64,000 nucleotides of DNA from positions 1 through 64,000 of the forward strand of contig KZ538697.1 of assembly GCA_000934665.2 (NCBI GenBank), given 5' to 3'. Numbering within the stretch: the stretch's first letter is position 1; the number at the start of each line of letters is the position of its first letter. A program made the translations under genes and the position numbers. This stretch comes from Catajapyx aquilonaris (taxonomy: Eukaryota). This document shows, one piece after another, positions 52,778 to 64,000 of the stretch. The notes under the pieces are model-generated. The model made no database searches, had not been told where the DNA came from, and saw only the letters and a program-made list of their open reading frames with translations.

Positions 52778-53175
52778 TAGCATAGTGGTGAAATTGCTCA
52801 AACAACAAGTGTGCAATTAACCCGCAATAATGGCTGAAATTCAAGGTAATTAATTGCTGAAAATAATCACCATACTACCACTTATTTGTTGGGCTGGCTC
52901 TTTCAGGATTTTATCCGCAAATTAATTTCTATTACAAAAATTCCATATTTGCACCCCCGCCGAATTTTAAACATAATTATTTAAGCTGAATAAAACAGCA
53001 GCATGGTGGTAACATTGCTGAAATATCAAGTGTGCAATTAAAAACCCGATAAGGCCTGAAATCCTATGGTAATTGATTGCTAAAAATTAATCGCCATTAC
53101 TGTTGGGCTAGCTCTTTTTAGGCTTTCATCCACAAATTAAATTTTATTAACCAACATTCCATTTTTGCACCCCGA
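52778..53175. repeat. Old tandem duplication, two diverged ~180-bp copies at ~220-bp spacing
   Basis: Shared colinear blocks caagtgtgcaattaa, ggtaatt.attgct.aaaa, tgttgggct.gctcttt, caaattaa, ttccat.tttgcacccc in 52778-52960 and 52999-53175. Confidence 0.8.
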
Positions 53176-56100
53176 TTTTCATACAATGCTTGAACCTCTT
53201 GTCTGCTCGGGTTATAAATTCATTCCTGATGGCCGACATCCTTCAATACGAACAGTAACTAATCAGCACGACAATTTCCTGATCTACATCCTATATCCTT
53301 ATTCAGCCTTTCTCTCTAAACCAAAAAAAAGAAAAAAAAGTGTGTGATCGGTGCGAAATAGTGTGGTTGAAAATACTTGAAGGAAGTGAGAAAAGTGTGC
53401 ACCACGCCTCCAATTTGTCGCCCTAAGTGCGGAAAGCACCTTGATTCCGTTATGGCATCCCTTTTAGTGAACACATGCCCTCACCTTCCTATATACCAGC
53501 TTCTCCCATAAATGGCGTCACAAAGTTAGTCCAAGGTATATCCATAGGAGCAACAAAATTCTGCTCTCTACCATCTACCTGAAAAAAGGAAAGAAAAAAA
53601 AAAATGTTACGAAAGGGTAGGGGGAGGGGATGGAAAAGTGCGGGGGGGAAGGGGAGGGGAGGTATGATTACTAGCGCAAGTCATCTGGTTGGTTGCCAAC
53701 GATTTTAGTGCCTCTGGGGGCCACTGCTTCTATTCGGTCCCCAGATTGAGGCAGTCATGGCTTGGAAGCCTTACAGTGCGTTTGGTACGTGTGTGACAGT
53801 GCACAGTTTTCACCTTGCCCGGGTTGTGACACCCCCCCCCCCCCCNNNNNNNNNNNNNNNNAGTGCTGCATTATTACGCGTTTTTTTTAAAGGGGGGAGG
53901 GGGGGCAGTACGACGTACAAGTGCAAACACATCCGAGGATTAATATCCGAGCGGGAGTTTCCGCCAACTTGAATAACTTCTGAGGTTGGCCGCAGTCAAA
54001 TTGATTAGAGCAACCTGATCTAGTGGATGTAATTTTAGGGAGGTGGGGAAGGGAAGGGAAGGGGGGGGGGGGTCAGTGGCGTCAACACACTTCCGGGCTT
54101 TCCCTGCCCCGGATCGGGCCCTTTTCAAACCCCCTGGCAAATATTAAGTTTTAATTGTGCCCTGTGTGTTTTCAAGAGTAACACGTATATTCCGCGCCCC
54201 TCTAACCACATTTGAGTATACGTACTGAGATACGGCCATCGATTGGGGGGGGCTACACCGGTTTATTTTTTTAATACACATAAAACCGGAATTTTCATTC
54301 AGTTTACAACATTTGTCGCGAAAAGCGTATATGCACCCAAAAAAAGAGGACTAAAGACAGATTAACGTTGCCATTTTGCGGGGGAATGAAAGAGCGGTTA
54401 TTCAACATTTAGTCCGGACATTACGTCTTTGCAGTACACTCTGGAAGGGATTACTGCCTATTTCTATGGGCCCCAATGCCCTCGTTACTTTGCGCAAAAT
54501 CGGCGGACATATTATCCCCGGACGTGTCCATTCAAACGTCGTGGCCTCCAGTGATTGTCAACACAACCAGTTGAAGGTGGCCCTTTTTTTTTATTAGTGG
54601 GGGGGATTTCGGTTAAAAGTGCTGAGAGGTTGTGTCGGTTTTGCACTTTTGTTTTGCACACATTGCAAGCGAGGGATGGGGTCCAGCGTGTTCAAACCAA
54701 CCTGCAGGCTATCAGAGACCACTCTCTTTGGACAATCGATTAGTTATATATCCCCATCCACATGGACAGAGATAGGCCGACATGTTGCTGAAAGTGACTT
54801 ATTATGACAAAGGGATATCTCCAAAAATTATCGGGATTAGATTAATGTATGTACGCGAACCAGTAACATGACCAGACTTTTCCGTCTCTTTAAAACAAAC
54901 ATGAATTTTTCAACTTCACTGTTGAATTCGGTTCGGAAAATTGAAGTCAATTTGCTGATTTGTAAATCAGTTATGAGCTACATGAAAAATGTAGTTCATG
55001 CGTTCTTTAATTTTGAATCGATATTTAAGTTGCAATTGAATTGCAATTTTGTACTGAGAATATATTGCGCGCTCGCCAGAAAAAATGGCTGCAATTCGGA
55101 AAAATGGGGAAAAAAAGCTACTCGTTTTTGTCTGCCAGCCACCCCACTTTCATGCCCAGTACAGCTGCGGGCCTATATATGCAGCATATTAATAAATAAT
55201 GCAGCCTCTTTTCATGGCGGACTGATGAATTTTCGCAGACTGTATTTATCCGGCTTCTGCGATGGTTGTGGAGTTATTTTGCTCCTTACACACCGGTGAT
55301 TTCTTCAGGGTTTAATGACAAAATTATTAATTGTTTACCCCCAGAATTTTATCATACTTTATGTCCACCTTTTGAACTGAACAACTGGTTCGATGAGAAA
55401 AATGCAGCATCCTCTCGACATTGTTACTGCACGAATTACGTGGAAAAGAACTGGGGAGGAGAAACTTTACAATCATCTCCAGTACTAATGAGATATACTG
55501 TACTCCTTTTGTCTAAGTTTACGGAAGCGGATTAATTGACTTCTGGCCATCCCCATCCTCTATCCTAATTGGCTCCTTCCAACAGATTTTGATCAAGATC
55601 TTCCCTTCTTCTTCTTCTTCTTCTTTTTTTTTGATTGACCGGTTGGAATAGTGACAAAAGTTGTTCCCCCCTGCCAGGCATGATGGCCAAGGCAGTATTC
55701 CTTGACTATATAGCATTTCCCCCCATCTCCCTTATATACAGCAGTATACCTATACAGTATACCATTCCCCCTTTTCTGAGGATAGGAACGCAAGGCAGGC
55801 AAGGCAGGAGTCGAGTTCCGATTGGCGTCGCCGTGAAAAGCAGCCTTATTGAAGCTGGCCTATTCAAGTGCGCCATGATCCCGGAGCTGCACTCTAATCA
55901 CCGTCGCCGTATGAAGCCCTGAGTCTTTTGAAGCTTCCCGCGCGCAAGGAGCACGCCCCACCTCCCCCGTGATGCCCGCATACTACGCACATAGATATAT
56001 AGATAGAGAGAAATGATATATCCCCCAGAGAAATTCCCCCTGTAGACCTTCGAGGGGAAACCGGACCCTTCCTTTCTGAAGCTGGTTTGTTCGACTTTTT

Positions 56101-58142
56101 TTTTTTATGTGGCGAAAGGACAGCTCTTCTTTGGGAATGTTTGGAACCTTATAATAATGGTTGTGGGGGGGAACGTTGAAGTTGGGGGAGTCACATAACT
56201 TGTGCACCAACCAGTGGTGAATTTGAACGGTATTGGCAGAATTGGAGAGTCCAATAACTCTCTAGTGAGATTTATCTGTCGACAGTGCATCACGCAATGG
56301 GGGTAGAGAGCACCACCACTAAAAAATTACCAGTACCGGGTTGTGAACCGCAATGAATTGTTCGCCAGGAAGTGGAAAACACCAACAAAATTTGCGTGAC
56401 CAAATCAGGGGAAGACGTATAGCCAATTTGCCTTTAAATAGAGAGTTACGTACATCAGAGTTTGCATCAGGATGATTTTCCGAGCCAGGTGTGTGGGAAG
56501 GTGTCCCTATATTATATACTTGCTGTATGATTTTAGCTGGTTCTGATATTTCATTATCCGCTCCATATACCACTGTTATAGGGGGGGATTCGAGAAGTAA
56601 GACTTAATAATCGGATTGGTCACTGATAAGCTCATTATGCTTAGGGGAGCAATTTTGAAATAAAAATTATCGGATAGTGCTACAGTACCCAGCATGTTAC
56701 GCGATGAACACTACTGGAAAAATCTGTCTATAAACTTTTATAACATCCACTGTGCTCAAGTAGTGCATGTAATGGCGTGAAATTGTTGATTTCATGCGAC
56801 TTATTTCGAACTGTGCCGTGCCACCATTTTTAGTTAATTATCTGTCACTGACTCTCTGATTCCATGCCGTCCTCTTTGGTCATCCTCATCGCCCAAAAAC
56901 ATTATTCATAAGGAAATCACGCAGTAATCAAACGAAGTTGGCCACGCAATCACGTACAGCTCAAATGACGCACAATAAAAATAAAAAAAGCGCGCATCAT
57001 CACTCACGGGAACTATCGCCCGTCTGTGTTCACGAAGCATCATCGAGCGGGCTCTTTTATTACACAATTCCGTCCAACAAAAAAAAAACGAAGAAGAGCC
57101 GGACAGATTTGCAACGCCAAAACGTGTCACCTTGTCCAAAGTGGCATTCCGTGCTTAACTCCTCCAAAAAAAAAAAAAAGGAGGGCCTGAAGACTTGGCT
57201 TCCTTTTTTTTTCCTTAGGGGAGAGGCGGTGGGTGGCAAAGTCGAGTACATGTAATGAGGCTGTAATTGAGTTGGGAAATCCCCCAGGTGAATATCGAGG
57301 TGCACGTGAGGATGTGTTTTCGCGTGACATACTCGCCGCCGGTTTAGTAGGAAGCGGCTGCTTAATATTTGATCACCGTAGAATACAGGGCTTCTTCTTT
57401 CGTGCTTTTTTTTCTCTCCTCGACCCTACCTGCACCCCCCTCCTCATACCCCACTTGGTGTTGGTGTGGAGGTAGACCTGGTTTTGGCATTAGTGCGGCC
57501 GGTTCTGCGTCTCGTAGGCTCTGTGTTGCGATTATTGCCGTATTGATTGAGGCTGGGGATTGCAAATTGGAGTTGGGGATATATAGGAAAAGGGCGCGGC
57601 TTGAAATACTCCCCCCCTCTCAACTGTATAACCCTCCTCCCCTACTTTCCACCCCTCCCTTCAACTCTCTTTGGAGTTTAATGAAACTCCATTCCACGAC
57701 TTGTTGACGCATTATACAGGCGGTTACAGGCCGGTGTTTTTTGGGCTGGGAACCTCGTGTCGACGGGGACGACGCTGGCGACGCGGACGACGCTCTGGCT
57801 CTGATGTGCGGATCCACAAGCGACGGACAAGGCCGATGAGGGATGCAAGACAACCGGTATTCAGAATGGGGTAAGCCTGCGAAAAGTATGACAAAAACAA
57901 TTTCTCTTCCTTCTTCGAGGCTTCTGCGAGACAGGTCAACACGTGGTCCAGACTGTTGTTTTTTTTTTAAATATATAAAAAAGGGGTCTTGGAGCTCTTG
58001 TTTTTCTGATCTTTCTGGCTGGCAAACTTCTTGTAGAAACTGTCGTTGCTTGTTGTTTTTTATTCGCATCCTCAGTAGGTCGAGTTGCCGTTTTCGAAAA
58101 CGGATGAGCATGCGATTGCATATCCATTGTTGTGTTATACAG

Positions 58143-58171
58143 TACTAGCAGGAGACCCGTTCTTCGCACGG
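58143..58171. mobile_element. Helitron/Helentron-like terminal motif (copy 2)
   Basis: tactagcaggagacccgttcttcgcacgg: ACTAG terminus plus a subterminal hairpin; 18 bp identical (inverted) to 43025-43042. Confidence 0.45.
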
Positions 58172-61100
58172 TGATTGATAAGTATCTGCAGGAGAGACAC
58201 AAAATCATTTTAAATATTCTTAAATTTTGAGTATTTATACTTTAAAAATTGCAGTTTTCGGACTTTTCCCCATATAAATCAGTAAGATGTCAGTAGTCCG
58301 AAAGTGTGTAAGGTAGCCGTGACATATGCATAAATACCAACAAACTTTCTGCTTAATATGTGCTGTATTAAACACTCAGCTAATGCAGCAGCAGAAAGTG
58401 GGGGGCCAATTAGCACATTGTTAGGATATGGTTGAAGTTTTTTCCCTTCCGGCCCCCTTCTGTTGACGCGACATCTGGACTCAAAGTGAAGATGCAGCAT
58501 CCCAATCCTCTTTCCTTAGGGCAATCAAGCCTCTCTCTCACGACTTAGCCAGCAGCACCCTGAAGTCACGCTCTTACGTACCAGTTATATACGAGTCAGA
58601 ACCTTCACTATACGGCTTCCAGCAACAACCTTGTTGGTCTCTCGAACTTTGTGACTTATCTCACTGCCATGTTGGTAGGACGGAGGGGGAAGGGGTGCAA
58701 AACAATCTACAAACACTGTTTACTTATGCGACGGGAGTCTTCAAACGAGGCAAAGACCCAACTTTGCAAAGTGGTTTCGCTAATTAAGTGCGTACTTTAT
58801 TTTTCGGTGCGTCCTCTTTATATAAACGCACGTTTGGGAGATTTTCTAGGAATCTATACGCTCTCTTTTTGTGTGGGAGGGTTTCCAACTGGAAAGTTTT
58901 CCTCCCGCTGGCTCAGTATCCGCGATCATTTGTGTTCTTTTCTCCCTCGACTATGATGCGAGTAGATTAGCACCGAAATGGGCTTCAAAGGCGACGATGG
59001 CGTTTTAAGTTGGCTCCGCAGATGACGATTAGTGGGAATGAACTGCGCGCATTCATTTGCATATGATTTCCAAGAGTGAGTCGGCAGAGTTTGTGCACTG
59101 GGAAATTTCATTTTTTTTTTCTCCTTTCCTTCTCTCGCAGATTTCCCATGCTGGAGAGATAGAGAGAGAGAACCTTGTCGAACACCGGGACGTAATTTCA
59201 ATTTTTTAGAATTAAAAGATTGACATTATCGGGCCCTGCTTCCTCCGCCTGTGTCATCTGGGAATTTATCTTACTCCATCAATCTCCATCGCTGGGTTCC
59301 CTCTTATCGATTTCTTTTCTGTATGTCGCTCATTTCCTTCAATCTCTGTCAGAATTCTTTTTTTTTTCCTCCAGTACCCAAAAATTGATACGGTGACAAT
59401 TTTTCTGTTTGCACGTTTTTTTTCACGAACAGCTACCTAATAGACGTGTTAATTTTAGCTACTCACTCATTAGCACCAGCCAGTTTTGGGGGCTGAGTAA
59501 TGAGCCCTCTTATTATTGTCGATAGCGCCTGTGCCTCTCATGTTGATTCACCCTGTGTATAATGCGCTTCTCAGGCCGGTTTCATAATTTGTTACAATGT
59601 GCACGGAGCTTTCATTGTGTGAATGTCGTGAGGCTTGTTTTGTCTGAAAAATCCGGCCACACATGCAAGCTCCGGACAAAAATGGAAAAAGCGGCTCTCA
59701 GGGGGCCATAGTCCACCTCATAGATTCGTTGAGGGGGGGTTGGAGAGGTGAAGTGGGGAGTTGAGGGGGGGGGGCGTCCCTATTGATTTTGCTTCTTCCT
59801 GCGTGAACTTTTTTTTTTTGTTTCGGGTCAGATATTTGGAAATACTCTTTTTCTCTCTCTTCGTGGAGATGCACTTGTTGGGATTGTTTGGTAGACTCGC
59901 CATCTCTCTTAGGGTTCACTTCACCGCTGCTCGACCTTTGTGTACGGAGACAGACACCGGGACACTCTTTTTCCCCCCTCCATTTTTTTCCCCAGTCTGT
60001 CTCGCTTTCTCCAGTGTTTTCTTTTCTTGGGAGCAAACTGGCGATGTCCTTTTGTTTCCAGCACTTACAGAGCAAGCCTGGTCGAATTTGATCTTTTCCA
60101 GGTAAACGTATCAGGGCAGGTGTAATCGCTATCTTGGCCGCATATTAATTTTATAATCTAAGCAGAATTTGAACCTTGGAAATCCCACGTGTAAGTTCCA
60201 TCTATTTTTTATTATCCATACCAGATTTTGCCCTACTTTTATTCCAGTTCGATTCTTGCCTCTCTGCCTTCACCCACAGGAATGGGTGACAACTAGGTTA
60301 TCCATACCCGAAGTCCTCCGCCATTAGCCTAGCTTCCGGATCCCGCTGGGGAATACCTTTTTATGTGTGTGCCTGTGCCACCTGTCGGTTCTGATTGATT
60401 CGATCAACCACCTGCACTTTGCCTTTAAACTGGTTACATAGAGTCGAGGACCCTTCATCTCATTCCCACCACCCCATGTCCTATATAACCCGCGGGTTAG
60501 GAAACTGGATCCCACGAAATAAACATTCTGTGGGGCAGAAATCGGATCAAACCTTTTTTTTTCCCTCCCACAGTCCCAGTTGTTCTTATTACTCCGGCGT
60601 AAATATGTTATGAGATAAATCTGATTCACTGGCCACCTGCATTTTGGTGGGACCCAACTGAGGCAACTCAATTCAATGGGGTTTTTTTTAGTGGGGAGCT
60701 TAATGTTCACGTCTTATGCCGGGGCTTGCCTGTCAATATTTGCGGCGTTTATTTCACTCCCATTTTTAAACATGCCCGCGAGCAAAGCAGGTGAAATATA
60801 ATGCAGGTTACGAGCTTAACAGTGATTATGTGTTGATCGGATCTTGTATACTGTATAGGGCGCACTAAGCTGTGAAGTGAAAGGTTTTAGGTTACTCCCT
60901 TTGAATTTTTGGAGTATACTTGTAGTAGGCGTAATACGAGGTAGCATCTTCTTTGTGTTTTTTTTGGGCACATAGGTGATCTGTACAGTATATAGATAAA
61001 TATGGAGAAAAAAATATAAGCTCCGTAGCTCATCTGCTGAATGTGCAATGTGAAGATGATTATCTTTATAGGATTTTGAGACGTTTTATTTCTGTTTCCC

Positions 61101-64000
61101 AATATTTTTGCGTGTGAAAATTACCGCATAATTATATACAGGAATTTCTTAGCTGAGATATGTGCCGGATCATTGCTTGCTCGGAATTTCAAATGGCTAA
61201 GAGGAAGGCGAGAAGAAGGTTCTTATAATTATGTGACAGTGATGATGGTACGTGAGCTTTCATCTTGTTTACCGCAACGGGAAGTTTAATTAAATTCCGT
61301 TTTGCACAATACCAGTTGTGAAGCTAGGCTTCTTAATTTCATTGGGGGACAAACCTGTGCTAATTCAATTGTAAGGCATTGCGTCGAAGAGTTTGTAGAC
61401 TGTGAAACCCTATTTGAGATTTGTGAAACCTTAAAAAAATTCTGATTATACCCTTCATTTTTCCCCAATATTTAATTGCTACTGTAAATGCTGTAGCTGG
61501 GAGAGTCCACACTGTTTGTTTGCAGTACATTTGATATGCCAAAAGTGATTACGTGAAAGTTAATTGCGTGTCTAAAATGAAAACAACAAAATGCCATAAA
61601 ATGTAAAACTCGTTACAGATCAAGTGTCTCGTGATCATATCATAAAAATTACTTTTTAAAAAGTTTGCATTGCATTTTTTTTCCTATACGCTTCAAAAAT
61701 AATGTGAGTAAGCGTATTATCGGTATTAATGATGCATCGGCATTAAAATTTCCAATTACCTGACCCAGGATTTACTTAACTACAAGCAAAGATTATAAAG
61801 TAATTGTTTGACTCTAATTATCAAGACAACATTACTGTGTCAAAAACTTCAGCCTTTTCTAAATAGCCAGAGGCTCGTTTTCAAGAATCTTATACAAAGG
61901 CCACTTTTTTAAAAAAAGAAAAAGAAGAGAGAAGCTTGTGTAAGAACTCTCAAATTTGATCCTCGGGCATGCTGCAGTTTATCAGAAACTTTAGGAGCAC
62001 TAGTACTTTTGAGATGTCTGAATACCGCATGTTTCAGAATTGAGCTCATGTATTTCGCGGAAGTGACTCTCCCTCAGCGAATATGGGTTCAATTATGAAG
62101 CACACGTTACATATCACCACCATGATCAATTTTCCATATACCTAATTGAACTTAGCACCGATTTTTTTTTTGTGGTGGTGGGGAGGGGGGGGGGGGGGTA
62201 AAATTCATGCGCCAGCTGCGTTATTAGGTACCATGGATATGGAGTGGCTGGAAGAGTTCTTTGAAACGTGATTTTCCGACAAACCATGGGTCCCCCATCC
62301 CACACGCTTTTTCTCCCTCCCCCCATTTTTTTATCCCCCCTCTCCCCTTCCCCAGCATCCCTCCCTTTCCAACCCTCAGGACTTTGGATGGAGGGGGGGG
62401 GGGGGGGTTGCAGTGCCCTGGAGGGATCCGTCCACCCCTCCCGGTCACCCCCCCCCCTCCCACTCTTTTGCAGGGCGTGATGCATGTAACAAGGGGCAAT
62501 GCAGCAGCCTGTCAACTCGAGGCAACCCCTTGGAGAATTGCGGCGTGGCGGTGCTAAAGTGCACATTTGTGCCTGGAAAGAGGGTTATGCAAGATGAATA
62601 CTTTTATCCCCTGGACTTGTTGCATCCTCGCCCAAATGAGCTGCAACCTCTCATTTTACATGAATCATTTCGGCATTAACGTCATATTTTTTTCTCTCTC
62701 TCTCTAATAGTGTAAATCGGGTTCAGGAAGTTGGCTTTGGAGAAAAACATGTTAACCGCCAATGTTTTTCTCCCTATAGCCCTTCAATGGGATCCTACCC
62801 TACATTTTGCAAACCAATTGTAAAAAAAAATCGTCCTCATTTAAAAATAAATTTGGCTGTTGTTTTGTTTGTTTGAAGAAATACGTATTAGTTTTCGAGC
62901 TATGGTCGATCAAAGATCATATTAATTATACGGTATCGTATTGCCCTCTGATGTCACTGCGGCTAAACAGTGCAGAGGCAGGAACGCACCTGGGATGCTT
63001 TATTGTTTCTTTGTTTGTTTGCTTTGTTGGCGCGCCTACCAACGGAAACGAACGACAGCCAAGGAAACCGGTCTGCTGACGTCAGTGTGGTTAGGCAGGA
63101 GTGGGAATGCGCCTTTTAGGCCACGCCCCCCTTTCCCCCGCCAATTTGAGTGACTTTTAAACCCGCGATAATTATTTTGGTGCTGAAAAGTGGTGGAATG
63201 CTTGTTTACATGTAATGCGTGCACATATTTCTCAAATCCCAGACCAACTCTATTAGGACCCATTGTCCATTTATTTAAAATAATGACCGTCCCACATATT
63301 CTGTCCGTTCCATCTGTTCCTTCTATAGCCATAAGTTTATTGGGAAACCGCAGTCCTTGTCATTAATTCTCGCTTTTGGCCGGCATGAATATTGCAGAAG
63401 CTCTCCTGATCTGCGTTCTTGCCGGCGCCTATAATGAACGACTTGGTTGCTAACAACACAACAAATCCTTGCACTCACATGTCTTAATGCCCAGCCAGTC
63501 CACACGCTGAGATTATCGCCCCATATTGTGATCCTACCCCCCCCCCCTCCCCAATGCTCTTACTCATTAATTTTAATAGCGAGTAATGAAGCAAGGACTT
63601 GACAGATAACATCTTTTGGCTGGCATTGCATGCCGAAGTCGTCACACGCGCGCTTTTTTAGATGAGCGACACCCTTCGGAAGACACCCACATATTCAAGC
63701 GAGAGGCAAAAAGAGTCCGGAACATTCATTATGCAGGGAAAAGTGTACATGCCAGTGAGCATGTGCATGTCGGAGGATAATATATTAGCACGGCAGTCGA
63801 GATGTCAGGTCCGAAAGAGGGATAAAGAGAACACAGGGGTGTGTGTCATCGGAAGTTAGGATAATCCGGACCCCGGATTTACCGGCGATAACATAATTAC
63901 GTCGGGGAAGGGTAGGTCTGGGAGGTATCCCTCGGATTAGGTGCGATGGAAGCAAATTTATGTGGAGAGTGTTACAGGCCCCCGCAATGGACACATACGC

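Overview
Eukaryotic (animal, most likely arthropod) genomic DNA with introns, microsatellites and short N gaps beside poly-C runs. The main feature is an apparently complete plus-strand Syd-1/RhoGAP100F orthologue, a presynaptic active-zone scaffold with PDZ, C2 and RhoGAP domains. I reconstructed it by hand as 12 coding exons from 2170 to 32963; all introns are GT-AG and all phases are compatible. The last exon has two acceptors 4 nt apart (CAGACAG) that open different frames, giving about 1208 aa or about 1380 aa. An inverted-repeat element with two CRE palindromes lies just upstream of these acceptors. The rest of the window is largely non-coding: several MITE-like elements, Helitron/Helentron-like ends, a tRNA-derived SINE with a V-domain-like core, a 26-bp AT-rich palindromic tandem array, two long adjacent hairpins (44863-45064), and a GC-rich island that looks like the first exon of a second, unidentified plus-strand gene. 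I found no prokaryotic-type system (CRISPR, operon). Homology statements are from memory of family sequences, not from searches.
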